64,000 nt of DNA, taken from assembly GCF_963921235.1 (NCBI RefSeq), contig NC_086108.1:85252001-85316000 (forward strand), in the 5' to 3' direction. The notes under the pieces are model-generated. The model had not been told where the DNA came from, searched no databases, and was given only the letters and a program-made list of their open reading frames with translations. Below are positions 10,186 to 23,534 of this stretch, piece after piece (position 1 is the stretch's first letter; every line of letters begins with the position of its first letter). Source of the stretch: Mobula hypostoma (Eukaryota). The translations under genes and the position numbers were made by a program.

Positions 10186-12199
10186 ACATCTTTTACCAGG
10201 TAAGGGTCACGGAACTGCTCAGAATACTCCAAGTGCAGTCTGACCAATGCCTTATAAAGCATCAGCATTACATCTGTGCACCCAACTGTGATCCTCTTTC
10301 AGCCACAACTCAGTGATGCCCATGGCATCATACCTGCCAATCACTAGCTGCATTACAAGATCATCTAAATTATTCCATATACTGTGTGCATTCAAATATA
10401 ATTTTGTCTCCCATGTTACATCCCAATTCATCTGACTAACTACAGTTTCTCCTTATCATCTGCCTGTCCTTCCTCACCTCCATCCCATCCCAACTATCCC
10501 ATCCTCAGCTCTTCCACTCTGGTTCCCAGCCCCCTGTCAAATTAATGTAAACCTCCCTAGAAAACCAGTCCATGAGGATATGGGCCCCCCTTGGGTTCAG
10601 ATCTAGCCTGTCCGTTTTATACATGTCATACCTTCTCCAGATGGGATCCCAATGGTCCAGAAATCTGAACCCCTGCCTCCACTCCAATTCCTCAGCCACA
10701 CTTTCAGCTGGCAAATCACCCTATTCTTTCCCTCATTGGCACCTGGCACAGGCAACAATGCAGAGATTACTATCTTGGAGGTCCTGCTTTTCAGTTTTCT
10801 ATCTAATCCTCTTCATTGTCTCTTCAGAACCCCCTCCCTTTTCCTACCTATGTCATTGGTACCAATATGTATCACAAATTCCTGCTGCTCACCTCCCCCG
10901 TTAGAATGATGTGGACCCAGTCTGAGACATCCCAAACCCTGGCACCTGGTTGGCAGCATACCATCTGGGTGTCTCTTTCACATCCATAGAATTCCACAGC
11001 CAAAATCGCTTAGATCACATTTCTTCTCCATTCTGATGTTTGGTCTGAACAACTGAACCTCTTGGCTTTGTCTGCATCATGCTTTTAGGCACTGATTTGC
11101 TGCCAGATGATTGGCTGATTTGATGTTTGCATTACTAAGCAGGTGTTCAGCTGTACCTAGTAAAGTGGCCACAGGGTGAGTCTTTCCATTCTTTCTCTCT
11201 TGTGTACCTATTCAACTTCTCCTTCAATCCTTTCATACTATTTGCCTGAAATATTTTTAGCTGCAAACTTGCGTGCATTAATGTCACATAACACAACGAA
11301 TTTATGTTTAATGCCAATAATAACACTTTACAATTCCATGCACCACGCCATTTCAGCACCTTGTCAATGGAACATCTTTTGAAACTAGTGTGATGCTTAG
11401 AAAGGCAACTGCAATTTTTTTTAAATTGGGGGGATCTTTGGAAGCAGGAATAGTGAAATGAGTGATATTTTCTTGGGAAGGACAGTGACAAATTACTCAC
11501 CCATTAAAAGAAAAAAAAATAGATGGAGCTGAGGTTGTTTATTTTTAGACCAAAAACATTTTGGAAGGAAGTCAAGTGCATCGGGTTAAATGGTTTGAAA
11601 TTATATTCAAAATGCTAGTACTGTGACTGGAAAGCTCTTAGAGTACAGTCCTATTCATGTAATAATTCTTGGAAGTGTTTATTCAATAATATTTTTATTA
11701 ATTTCATTCGAGATAAGTTTGATAGGTTCTGCACTGTGACTGCTGGGGTACAATTGGAAGTGGGTGGAGTGAAATTGTATATGAGCACCCTTGTTTACCT
11801 TAATATAAAGATGCCTTTGCATATCTTTCAATTAGACTGCTTCAATCAACTCAATTGGCATTAAACATAAAGTCAATGCTAAAGGGACTGTAAGAGACAT
11901 GTTGTGATGCTTTAAGGGACATGTGAAATGCAATGAAAATTACATAAAATTTTGAGGCGCTGATTTTGAGATGCTAATTCAGCATTTTGTACGATGATCT
12001 GTGTGTTGGTGTGAGTCTGTGTACTGAAAATATTGGGGCTGAGCTTGTTACCACCGGCACACTGTTGGCATTTGCCCTGACTAACACAATCTATACAGTA
12101 TATACTTATCCTTTTTGTGTCAACTGTCCACTGTGTCAACATCCTGCAAATCTTGCCACCAAAACAGTTGAAAGAACCTTTGACCAATGGAGGTGACAG

Positions 12200-12775
12200 G
12201 GAATGTGGAGAACATGCTTAATAGAGCATTCACAATCCTCGGCTTTATCAGTGGAGTATAAGAGCAGGGAAATTATGTTGAATCCGTTCGCTGGTCCGGC
12301 CTCAACTAGAATATTGTGCTCAATTCTGATCGCTACATTGTAGGAAGGCTGCTGAGGTTCTGGAGAGGATTTTGTTCCTGGGTCAAGGGACTACAGTTGC
12401 AAAGGTAGATTAGGGAGTTTGGGACTCTTTTTGTTGTAGAAGAGAAGGCTGAAGGAGGTTTGACAGAAGAATATGAAATGAAGGGAGTCAGGGCAGAATG
12501 GACAGTCGGAACCTGTTCCATTGGATGGAGGGGTTAAGCACTAGATGTCTCAGATAAAGACAAAAGTGAAAGCGAACTAAGATGAAAAATCTTCTGGGTT
12601 AGAATCTGGAATTGTTATGGTGGAGGCTGGTTTCACCGTGACTTTCAAATGGGAACTGAAGCGATATACGATGGAGAAAAGAATTACAGGGTTTCGGCAA
12701 AATGGAAGGTGTGCAGAACTAGAAAGTTGATGATAGAGATGCAACATGGACAGAATGGCTTCGTTCACTGCTGTG
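12200..12775 (+). mobile_element. Old, highly decayed CR1 3' fragment
   Basis: ggcctcaactagaatattgtgctcaattctg (RPQLEYCAQF) followed by CR1-like 3' end. Confidence 0.7.
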
Positions 12776-12873
12776 AGCATGCTCTGACTGTGAGCATGTG
12801 ACTGTGAGCCATGAGCATGCTCTGACTGGATGCATCAACCATCTAGCAGAAGTCACTGCATCTTCAGCCAACT

Positions 12874-13197
12874 TCAAAGTTCAGAGTTCAAAGTAAATTT
12901 ATTATCAAAGTTTGTACATATCACCATATACAGTATAGGGATTTACTTTCTTTCAGACATTCATAGTAGAACAAAGAAATAAAAAAGAATCAATTAAAAA
13001 CTAGACTCAAAGACTCAGAAGCAACCAATGTGCAAAAGATATACTGTGCAAAAAGTAATGATAATAGTAAATATATACTGTAAGTATTTAAAGAACATGA
13101 ATTGTAGAGTCCTTGAAAGTGAGTCCATAGGTTATGGAATCAGTTCAGTGTTGAGGTGAGTGAAGTTATCCACACTCATTGGGAGCCTGATGCTTGA
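12874..13197 (-). mobile_element. Rex1/Babar-like 3' UTR fragment
   Basis: Homologous to 9578-9900. Confidence 0.7.
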
Positions 13198-14559
13198 ATA
13201 AGAATGGCCAAGCCTTTTCATCAGGATCAGACCTCAGCCCCTTATTGGCTTAAATATGGACTAAAGATCTAAACTCCCAATGCGAGGTGAAAAGATTGGC
13301 CCTTGAAATCAAGATTGGAGATGATTGAATGGGGCATTAAGGAGCCTTGGTAAAGTTGAAGTTAATCAAGGGATTGAAATCATACTCAGCACAGAGGAAG
13401 ACGGACATCGTTGCTGGGGGAGGGTCAATCATTCATCTCTGGGGCATTGCTGCAGGAGATGTCTATCCTTGCCTCAACATTAATCAGTGATCTTTCTTGC
13501 ATCATAAAGTTTACTTAAATGCAACACAGGGTACCTACCAAGACAAATACAACAGTACTGATATTAACTGGAAAGATGCATGCCGCATATTGGCAATCTG
13601 ACTACAACAATCTGGTGTCGATTCACATTAATTTTATTCTCCTATGAACCTTTTCAGTGGTAAGTCATTTACTAGCAGTTTTGCTTTATGTGCTTATTTT
13701 AAGATCAAGCTACATATTTTTAGATGGCTAATGCTTTCTCGGAGGTCTTTCTAACATCCATTTGTTGAAAAATGTTATTGACTGTGCCTTTTCACTGTCC
13801 TGTTTTGGAGGTGTATTTCTTTTGTGTCCATTTTTTCAACACGCATTTGGCAGAATATACAGCTCTGCCTTGCTGAAATATGGTTGACATTACATTTGTG
13901 CATTTTCTGCTTTTTATTCCCTCAGTGCAATAAGCTAAAAACATTGCCCGGTCAAGTAGCACAGTTGTGGTTTGTTTCAGCACGCTTCTCATTTATTTGC
14001 ATGGATGTGTGTGATAATACTTCAGTGATAACTAGACCTGGTTGATGACAAGTTGCCAATACTAGACTTATCTGGAAATAAAGTGCACAGTCACTAAACC
14101 GCGCACAAAATTGTCTGTAAAGTTTCGCCCATTTGCTTCATGGATACATTTTCACAAATTGCAGCAGCTTTTTGTTGAAATTGAATCTCCAGTGAGTCAT
14201 ACAACTGTGAAATAATGATGCCATGGCCAGTGTAATGTAGACAGCCTAAGCAATGTATGACTGTTTAAAACCTCCAACTCTGATTATATTGTGTAATACA
14301 TGTAAGTAGCTCAAAACATTAGCACAGTAAAATTACGTAATTACCATTTAAAAACCATTGCCTAGTGATAGGTCATTCTTTGCATCTCATATTGAAAAGG
14401 GAGAAAGTTATGGACAAAACTTTCCCTAATGTGTCTTACGATTTTGCCAGTAAAGGCATTAGATGCCTGCAGTAAATAGGATCTCCCCTTTTTGGGATGA
14501 CCAACACCCAATGGCCACTGTATTACGTACCTCCTAACAGCTGCTCTTCTACACACCAC

Positions 14560-14957
14560 TAATAATTTGAGTTATTGTTTCCTTCCTGTCAGCTTGAACT
14601 ATCCTGGCCATTCTCCTCTGTCCTCTCTCATTAACAAGGCATTTTTGCCCACAGAACTGACACTCACTGGATGTTATTTTACTTCTTGCACCATTTTTTG
14701 TAAACTTTAGATTTTGTTTTGTGAAAATCCCAGGAGATCAGCAGTTTCTGAGACACTCAAATCACCCCATCTGGCACCAAAATTCATTCCATGGTCAAGG
14801 CCACTTCAATCATATTTCTTCCTCATTCTGATGTTTGCTCTGAACAACAACTGAACCTCTTGATGATGTAAACATGCTTTTATGCATTGATTGGCTGATT
14901 AGAGATTTGCATTAATGAGAAGGGGTACAGTATGCCTAATAAAGTGGCCACTGAGTA
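14560..14957 (-). mobile_element. Tc1/mariner derivative fragment
   Basis: Collinear with 8930-9150 plus 10995-11178; ends in TIR cctaataaagtggccactgagt. Confidence 0.8.
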
Positions 14958-14974
14958 CATGTTTGCTCCACCAC

Positions 14975-15150
14975 TTCCTGTAACGGGTTTGTACATTCTC
15001 CCCGTGACCATGTGGCTTTCCTCTGGGTCTTCTGGTTTCCTCCCACATTCTAAAGACATACAGGTTAGTAGATTAATTGGTCACGTGGGCGTAGATGGGT
15101 GGAGCAGGCTTGTTGGGCCAGAAATACTGTGCTTTATTTCTAAATTTAAA
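14975..15150 (+). mobile_element. V-SINE fragment
   Basis: ttgtacattctccccgtgacc...tttcctcccacattctaaagac. Confidence 0.7.
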
Positions 15151-15649
15151 AAAACACTTGAATTGCTTAGACATAAAGGGCTATGGACCAAATTCTGGAC
15201 AAAGAGGTTAATACAGAAATGTTCCCACTGGTCAGTATGGGTAAGTCAGGTCTAATGGCCTGTTCCCAAATGCTGTGCCATTTTATAAGTTGACAGTGTG
15301 GGAAATAACACAACTTGGCCTTTGCACACTGGTTACTGCACAGACTTGACAGAGGGAGGTCTTGGTCCAATAGTGGCTGGGTCAAAGATGGTCGGACTTT
15401 TCTGCCTACACTAGGGTGTTCAGGTGCAAATATAGACACTAATGTAAATGTAGATGCAAATGTAGGTGTCTCTACTCAGTGGCTCTGCAAGTCGCATCCA
15501 TCCAGCCGCACGTGATTTTCCCAGTGTGACGACTGCAAGTGTAATACAGGACGCAGCCCAAGAAACAATCTGCTGGAAGAATTGTGCAGGTCAAGCAGCA
15601 TCTGTGGAGCCAATGGGATGGTTGGTTTTCAGTGCACAAGGTTATCAAG

Positions 15650-16110
15650 TAGGCAAATGAAATGTTGGCCTTTACTTTTTGAGGGATTGAAATTAAGTGC
15701 AGGGAAACCATGCTGCAGCTGTATAGGTTACTGGAAAGGCCGCACTAGTATGAGGAGAGGTCTCACTGAAACCTACCAAATATTGAAAGGCTTAGATAGA
15801 CTGGCTTTGGAGAGAATGTATAAAGTAGTGGGTGAATCTAGGTCCGGAGGGCACGTCCTCAGAACCCATTAGAACAGAGAAGGAGAGGAATTTCTTTAGT
15901 CTGAAAGTGGTGAATTTGTGAAATTCATTGCCACAGATAGCTGTGAAGGCCAGGTCATTGGGTATATTTAAAGTGGAGGTTGATAGGTTCTAGATTAGTA
16001 AGGGTGTCAATGGTTATGATGAGAAGGCAGGAGAATGGTGTTGAGAAGGAAAATAAATCATGGCTGATGGGTTGAATGGCCTAATTTTTCTCCTATGTCT
16101 TATGGTCTAT
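15650..16110 (+). mobile_element. CR1 3' fragment with internal deletion
   Basis: MRRGLTETYQILKGLDR; tail tcctatgtcttatggtct. Confidence 0.85.
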
Positions 16111-16255
16111 TTCTTATATTGTTATGAGGCTTCAGTGTGAGACCCTGCATCAAAATGATTTTTGTAGCAACTAATAGTTCCATCAAGCCTCTTTTTATTT
16201 GGCATGCATTCTTCCAGCAGCTGTTGCATTTCACCATAATACCAATGGTGTAGAG

Positions 16256-16334
16256 CAGGGATTTCCAAACTGGGGTCCGTGGACCTCTCAGTTAATGGTA
16301 AGGGACAATGGCATAAAAAAGTCAGGAAACCCTG
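16256..16334. mobile_element. 79-bp hAT-type MITE
   Basis: TIRs cagggatttccaaac / gtcaggaaaccctg; perfect 8-bp TSD gtgtagag 16248-16255 / 16335-16342. Confidence 0.85.
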
Positions 16335-16344
16335 GTGTAGAGTG

Positions 16345-16810
16345 AAGAGAGCCAGTACATAGACATGAGAGGGGGGCCACTGCTCTTCAAAATGGTCGGC
16401 CAACTTACGCTTGGTCTTGCTGATGTAGAGGAGGCCATATTGTGAGCACCATTCACCATCTATTCTTAACTTCTCTTGGTGCCTATCAGTTAATTGATCA
16501 TTCTCCACATTTCACTGCTCACAGCAACTTACATTTGTTTTACAACAACATACAACCCATGGTCTTTACCAAAATATCTACCACAGATCTGATATCAATG
16601 CACATTGGTGTCAAGCAAAGTTGCACCATTTATCTGGCACATTTTCAGTATTTCACACTGCCAGGCTTCATCTGACAGGTTTTTTGCTGGAGGGCATTGA
16701 ATTTTCAGAACTAACGGGAAAATATTCAACTTATGTCAATGCACCAAGGTCACTCTATTTAGCTGCAGTATCCATCATGTACATGTGTGGTATTCTCTCA
16801 AAGGCCTTCT
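16345..16810 (+). mobile_element. Ancient RTE-like RT remnant
   Basis: ggtgtcaagcaaagttgc (GVKQSC, compare GVKQGC); otherwise heavily decayed. Confidence 0.4.
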
Positions 16811-17381
16811 CTTGATCCAAGCTGATGAGGTTACTTTCTGTCCTTCCTGTAGTGCACCTCAGTTATTGTCACTCTGAGTATTCAGCGCTGTCAGAGATCT
16901 TTCTACCAGGTTTGCTTTGAGTGAGTCACCTACCCATTGCAGGTCACTTGATCAGGATTGGCCTTGAACAGGATATTGTAACTTTATGTTAGTCATTAAT
17001 TTCTAACCTCTTCCCTCTTCTCCTCCTTGGAGGTGAGGGTGTTGATATTTTTTTCTCATGGATTGTAACATATTGCTGGCTCGATGTATGGCACAGTAAA
17101 CTTCCAGCAGAAAATGCAGTGAGCTCATGCTTACAACAGAGCCTTGTATTTGCATGGCACATTTAACAAAGAGCCTGAGAAACAATCTCCCAAACATTTT
17201 TTTTCAGTTGAAAGCTGATGTGATGAAATGAAGACCGAAATATCTTTGTTTTTTTTGATTACCTGATTCTTTTTCCACCATTCCCTGTCAACAGTTGCAA
17301 CTACTGTTATGTATGTGGCATATTTAGCAGACAAACATATCATAGGAACATTTGAAACTAAAAATAGAGATGCTGGGAGAT

Positions 17382-17695
17382 AAAGATTAACGTTATTTGT
17401 CACATGTATATTGAGACATTGAAACATACCGTGAAAAACTCATTTGATTCAATAACCAAAACAATCTGAGTCTGTGCTGAGGACAGCCCACAAGTGTTGC
17501 CGTGCTTCTGGCACCAACAGTGCATGCCCACAATTCACTAACCCTAATCCATGCAGTTAGGAATGTGGGAGGAAACTGGAGCACCTGGAGGAAACCCACA
17601 TGGTCATAGGAAAAACTTACAGGTGGCATTGGGAATTGAACACTAGTTAATGATGCTGTAAAGTGTTAATCTAACCTCTACATTACATTGCTGCC
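17382..17695 (-). mobile_element. V-SINE, near full length
   Basis: Minus strand has a B-box-like head (gttcaattcc), V-domain and tail tacatgtgacaaataacgttaatcttt. Confidence 0.8.
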
Positions 17696-17834
17696 TAAAA
17701 AAAATTCTGAAATAAAGACAGAAAATGCTGGAAATTCCTGTTTCCAGTATTTTTTTTGTTTTCGTTTCACAGGAGCATTTACAAGCAAAGAATGACTTCA
17801 TGTCACAAAAAGATATCAGGACAAACAATTCAAA

Positions 17835-18030
17835 GTTTGGTTTTCAAGAGCACCTCAAAGGAGGGAAGTGAAGTAGAGGCAGAGGGGGATGGCTTGAATT
17901 TAGTGTCTTGATAACTGAAGGAATGGTAGTCATTGATGAGGGTGATTAAAATCAGGCGTGCTGGAATTAAAGGGTTACAGACATCTCAGAGGTTACAGGG
18001 TTGGAGCAGAGTGGTGAAACCATGGCTTTG
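17835..18030 (-). mobile_element. Old LINE (L2-like) 3' remnant
   Basis: ttttcaagagcacctcaaaggaggg...actgaaggaatgg resembles an antisense L2 end. Confidence 0.4.
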
Positions 18031-18254
18031 CCAGATGTTTACCAAATATATTTTTTCTTACATTGGGATGGTTTAAGAAGCTGTTATAATGACTAACTTT
18101 TAACAAAGGCTTTGTGATTTGTAAAATCATTGAGATCAGTAGAGAAATCTTGCAGAATTTTACAAATAACTTTATTTACTTATTGAACAGGCATCATAAT
18201 ATTTCAAGAGATTATAGTTCTCCATTTTTCTCTTCTCCTTGCTTTTGCCTTTTT

Positions 18255-18350
18255 CCTAGTTCTGGCGAAGGATCTGTGACATGAAGTATTGCCTCTGTTT
18301 CTCTTTCCATTGCTGTGGCTTGACCTTCTGAGTGATTAGAGCATTTCCTC
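18255..18350 (+). mobile_element. Decayed Penelope-derived hammerhead-type repeat
   Basis: agttctggcgaaggatctgtgacatgaagt...tgctgtggcttgaccttctgagt. Confidence 0.5.
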
Positions 18351-18589
18351 ATCCAATAATCATTCCCTCAAATGCAGGACATGCAAATAATTGTTTACAA
18401 ATTTTGTCACATCTGCTCTGAATGGTATGCAATGTTGTTTTCTTTTCCTTCAGATGCTTGTGTCTCTTTCATGCAAGTATCAAATGAACAAAGTACTTTG
18501 TTAGTAATGGGCCCTTGACCACAATCTTATGGGGGCGTTTCCAATAAATTCAATAATGTGGTGAGAATGGGTATTACCCTGATCCCTAG

Positions 18590-18840
18590 AAGACGTAGGA
18601 GCAGAATTAGGCCACCAATCCATCATGACTGAGTTAATATCCCTCTCAATCTCTTTCTCCTGCTTACTCCCTGTAACCTTTCAAGTCCTGATTTATCAAG
18701 AGCCTATCAACTTCCACCTTAAATATACCCAATGACTTGGCCTGCACAGCCCTCTATGGCAATGAATTCCACAGATTCACCACCGTCTGGTTAAAGACAT
18801 TTTTCCTCCTCTCTGTTCCACCTTGATGTCCTTCTATTTT
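18590..18840 (-). mobile_element. CR1 3' fragment
   Basis: Antisense of the standard CR1 end (ggcaatgaattccacagattcaccacc). Confidence 0.8.
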
Positions 18841-19011
18841 CTGCCTTTGTTTTGGATTTCCAGTGTCTGTGTTTTTTCTGAGTTTCATTTATGAAGAACG
18901 TCATTATGTTGGAATGTTGAAAATGGGGGTAGGGCAAGGTGTCGAAGTCACTCCAGAAATGGTGAAATTCAATCCTTCCAAGACATTTAAAGGTATGTAG
19001 GGATCACCAAT

Positions 19012-20378
19012 ACAGAATCAGACTCATGTTTAATATCACGGGTACATGCTGTGAAATTTGTTGACTTTGTGGCAGCAGTAAAATGCCAGATATAATAATA
19101 GAGACAAAACTGTGAATTACAGCAAGTATTAAACTGTTAAAATAAATAAGTACTGCAAAAATAGAAATATAAAAAGTAGTGAGGTAGTGTTCATGGGTTC
19201 AATATCCATTCAGATATCAGGTGGCAGAGGGGAAGAAGCTGTTCCTAAATCACTGAATGTGTGGCTTCACACTTCTGTACCTCCTTCCTGATGGTAGCAA
19301 TGAGAGCAAAGCATGACCTGCGTGATGGAGGTCTTTAATGACAGACGCCACCTTTTCGAGGCGTCACTCCTTGCGGATGTCCTGGATATTACAGAAGCTA
19401 GTGCTCATGATGGAGCTGACTAAATTTGCATCTCTCTGCAACTTACTTCGATCCTGTGCAGTGGCTACCCCACTTCCACAACCCCACACCAAACAGTGAC
19501 GCAGCCAGTCAGAGTAATCACCATGGTACATTTGTAGAAATTTTCAAATGCTTTTGGTGACATACCAAATCTTCTCCCACTTTTAATGAAATATAGCAGC
19601 TGTTGTGCCTTCCCTGTAGCTGCATTGGTGTGTTGGGTCCACGTTAGATACTCAGGAATTTGAAATTGCTCACTCTATGAGGACTGGTTCTGTTCTCTTA
19701 TCTCGCTCTTCCTAAAGTCCACAATCTGGTCTTACTGACAATGAGAGCAAGGTTGTTGCTGCGACACCACACCACTAGCTGATATATTTTGCTCTTGTAC
19801 ACTTTCTCATCCTCATCTAAAATTATGCCAACAATGCTTGTGTCATCAGCAAATTTATTGATGGCATTTGAGCTGTGCCTAGCCACACAGAGAGTAGAGA
19901 GTGAGTAGAGCAGTGGGCTAAGCACACATCCTTGAAATCTGTCAGTATAGATTGTCAGTGAAGTGGAGATGTTGCTTCTGATCCGCAGAGATTGCCGTCT
20001 TCCAGTTAGGAAGTCGAGGATCCAGTTGCAGAGGGATGGCCGGGTTCTGGAGCTTTTTGATCAGAACTGTAGGAATGATAGTGTTAAATGCTGAGCTGTA
20101 GTCAATAAACAGCGTCCTGGCATTGGTATTTATATTGTCCAAGGCTGCGTAAGGAGCCAGTGAGATAGACCTATGTGGTGATACACAAATTATAGTGGGT
20201 CCAGGTCCTTGTTGAGACAGGAGTCAATTCTATCCATAAATAACCTCTCAAAGCACTTCACCACCATAGACGTAAGTGCTACTGGACGGTAGTCATGAAG
20301 GCAGCTTATCCTGCTCTTCTTGGGTACTTCCACTTCTGAAGCTTTTACTTCAGCTATGTCTGGAATACCAACCAGCTG
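19012..20378 (-). mobile_element. Rex1/Babar LINE, 5'-truncated and decayed
   Basis: [35 protein letters not shown]. Confidence 0.9.
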
Positions 20379-20989
20379 CAATGATCAGGAACTGGATTTC
20401 TGCTTCTTCTGTGTATACCAGTAGATGTGCCATATCCCAGGCCTCTATCTTGGGAAATCATCTGCTTTATTTGCTTCTTGCACATTACTTTGTCATTTTT
20501 GATGTCCTCAAATTTGCAGTCATGTTTCCGTAACTTACGCCAAATGCCAGAGCATCTTTTGTCAAGAGCAGCTATGAATGAAATGCAGAGATCGAGCAAG
20601 CTAGCTGTACACCAGCTGCATCTTTTTGACTAGCTCACTTTTGAAATGGACAATAATAATAAATACAAATCTGAGAAAGTTGTTGAGAAATTTCAAATAT
20701 AATTACTCTTTTAATCATTTGGTACAGTGTATGTTAATTACTGATTGTTAAACTCCCTGCTGCTCTGAACTAACTACTAAACATCTGGAATCTTGTTTCT
20801 TCAGGTTTTGATTCCTGGAGGTTTAAAGATACTGGTATTTCTCCTTTCTGTTAATTACTGGCCGTTGCACTATAAGGAAGGCTGTGATTGCCCTGTAGAG
20901 GAGATTCACCAGACGTTGCCTGGGATGGAGCATTTCCGAAATGAGAATTAGACTCAGGTTTATTACTACTGACAGAAGTGTTGTTTTGC

Positions 20990-21275
20990 AGTAGCAGTGT
21001 ATTACAAGACATGCCCACCACTCTCCGGAAGGAATTAATATGTTTTCCCTGAGACCGTGTGGGTTTCCTCCAGATTCTCCAGTTTCCTCCCACATTCCAA
21101 AGGTGTAAGGTCAGGTTTAGTAAGCTGTGAACATGTTATGTTGGTGCTGGAAGTATGGCGACATTTTCAGACTTCTCCCAGTACAATTCTCACAACTTGA
21201 TTTGATGCAACTGGTCCATTTCACTGCATGTTTTGATGTAATTGTGAAAAATAAAAAAAATAAAATCTTTTTAAA
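20990..21275 (+). mobile_element. V-SINE, decayed
   Basis: gtgggtttcctccagattctccagtttcctcccacattccaaag and matching tail. Confidence 0.75.
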
Positions 21276-21810
21276 GTCTTTAATTCCAATTATCTTTCCC
21301 TTTCATTTTTTCTGTTCCTGATTTGGTACTGACTTCACCATTCAAATTTACACTTCATTGTTCTGAGTTCCTGCTGTTCATTTTACAATCCTTCCATATA
21401 ATTGGTTAAAGAGAATTCTTGACCTGCTCACTTTGATCCCTGGTGCCTTCATAGAGACCTTGATATTGTTTTCATCTCCCGGTTCCGCCAATTTTCAGTG
21501 CAAAATATCTTTAGTTGCGGTTGCCCTTTCAAATGGAAGCAGGTAATCTTAACAGATGGCAGATAGGTTGCAGGAACTTTAATATTGTCTCAGATCATCT
21601 CCTGTTGCTGCCAATTGGTTTCTGCTGATAAGCTGTTCATGTCTACTATTTTATACATCATTTAGGTGGAAACATTTTCAATACTTTATTTGGATTTGAA
21701 AATAAAAAGATACATGACATCAAAGGCTGAAAGGTCAAAACAACCAGTGTGGGCAGTGCAGCAGTTAGGGATATTCAGTAGCATTGGACAAAAAGCTGGG
21801 GCAGTATTTG

Positions 21811-22522
21811 GCTCTTCCGGTCAGGATGGTACTTGTGTACAATGCTCCTTCAGTCGACATCTTCGGGATAGATCATGAAACCATATATTTCACTTCTTTT
21901 ATGTCTTTTACGTTTGTTCTTTGTCTTAAATGTGATTCTGGAACTGTTGGGGCCTGTGATTTGCAGTTTGGAGATTGCTTGTGTGTTTCAGCACTCTGCA
22001 GTTTCCGAGGGCATTCCAGGAGGCAGAGGCAGTGTGTGGGAACCTAGTGGTGAGAAGGCTGTGAGCCAATGTTTGACTTCATTTCCCCAATTAAAGCTTC
22101 CATTGTTCACTGATTAAAGTGACAAGGGAAGTGGAAACACCAGCTGCCTGCCTTTTTATCACTGGGGGATCGCTCTGCTGCCACAGAGGGGAGACTGCCT
22201 TTATATCGCTGGTGAGATCGCTCTGCTACGGAGAGGGGAGACTGTTGTTCAGCTTTTCTGCATTTTGGATGGGGACTTGGACTGTGGACTTTTTTCAGTC
22301 TTTTGTTTTGTTTTGCATTCTGTGTTTTTTACCCGATCTTTCTCATTACTTTTTTATGTACAGGAAGGCAGTTTTGGAGGTCAATGTTCATTTTGTTTGT
22401 GTGGGGAGAGGGTATTTGGGGGTTGATTATTGTGCTGCTGTTCTTTTCTTTCGTGGTTTCGTGGCTATCAGGAGAAGAAAAATTTCAGAGTTGTATACTT
22501 TGATAATAAATGAACCTTTGAA
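21811..22522 (+). mobile_element. ORF-less non-autonomous element with Rex1-type tail
   Basis: Starts cttccggtcaggatgg; ends aatttcagagttgtatactttgataataaatgaacctttgaa. Confidence 0.6.
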
Positions 22523-22616
22523 TGAGCAGGAGCTGAACTATTTCCCTGGCTGTGAATATCTTGTACAACTGACAGACCTCTTCATAGATTTAAACCATTT
22601 TAATTTAATGTCATAA

Positions 22617-23428
22617 ACTTCCGGTTTAAGATGGCGCTGGTGAAGCACAGTGACGATATGCTGGCAGCAAACAGAACTATTAACTACTTTATTACTCACA
22701 CTTTTTCTCAAAAAAGATCACTGCAATCAATAGCCTGTAACCTCCTTTTCAGAGTTGAACTTTTGAACCGCCTGTATGACCTGGCATTTTTGTGGTGTGT
22801 ACTGAAGTCTTGAAGCTGCAGGATGGCTGCGGCGGAGGTGTATGGACCAAATTGGGGTGGCGGCGCCCAGGCCTAGGCCTGAGAACAGGAAGTGAGCCAA
22901 TGTTTGGCCATTGCTGGAGTGAACCTGGAGATGATTTGAAGCAGCAGAACTAAAGCTAGGTGGCGGGGCCTGGGTCAGAAAGCGCATCAAAGTGGTCAGG
23001 CCCAGGTCTGAGAACAAGGAATGACTTGAGGTTTGGCTGATTTAAGCACCAGGCCAGATTGAAAAGTTCAGAGTGTCAGGGACGGAGGTGAGGGACGAGC
23101 TGGTGTTCAGCTCACTGCTCCACGAGGTCTACTCATCTCTGCCCTAAACTGAGGCTGTGGCTTGCAACTAACGGGCCCCTGGACTGGCTGTGACTGACTT
23201 CATGGCTGTTGACTCACTTTTGCAAACTTTAGTTCAGAATGTTAGTTGCTTACTTACTCTTATGAATCGTATGATTTTGCACTGTTTTCTGCATGTTGGG
23301 TGTTTGACAGTCTTCTTTTTTGAATGGATTCTATTTTGTTTCTTTGTTTCTTGGCTGCCTGTAAGGAGAGGAATCTCAAGGTTGTATATAGTATACATGC
23401 TTCAATAATAAATGTACTTTGAACTTGA
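22617..23428 (+). mobile_element. ORF-less non-autonomous element, YY1-motif head plus Rex1-type tail
   Basis: Starts cttccggtttaagatggcg; 5' end repeated at 37740-37910; ends aatctcaaggttgtatat...aataaatgtactttgaacttga. Confidence 0.7.
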
Positions 23429-23534
23429 GAAACTCAAACTTCGTGAGTAGAAAATACTAGTCCAAATACTTACTCAAACTTCTTTCTCTCTGCATGTTGT
23501 CTTTTTCACTTACTTAGCACTCTTAAAATTTTCT

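Larger units (their letters stand above)
9150..10995 (-). mobile_element. CR1 LINE with large internal deletions (3' tail to ORF1 esterase)
   Basis: 3' tail at 9150; GFRFLDHW...LNPRG esterase C-terminus (10505-10714). Confidence 0.85.
8810..11178 (-). mobile_element. Non-autonomous Tc1/mariner derivative, split by a CR1 insertion
   Basis: TIRs cacttagtgaccattttattagg / cctagtaaagtggccacagggtg; transposase remnant GRMVRLFQDDRKVTVTQIT...MGSSSRNPHLVPLL (8799-9017). Confidence 0.8.

Noticed and set aside
18435..18570. Strong splice acceptor (ttttcttttccttcag) as a coding exon
   Set aside because: All three frames reach a stop within about 65 nt with no convincing donor before it. The acceptor-like site near 63877 also lacks support.
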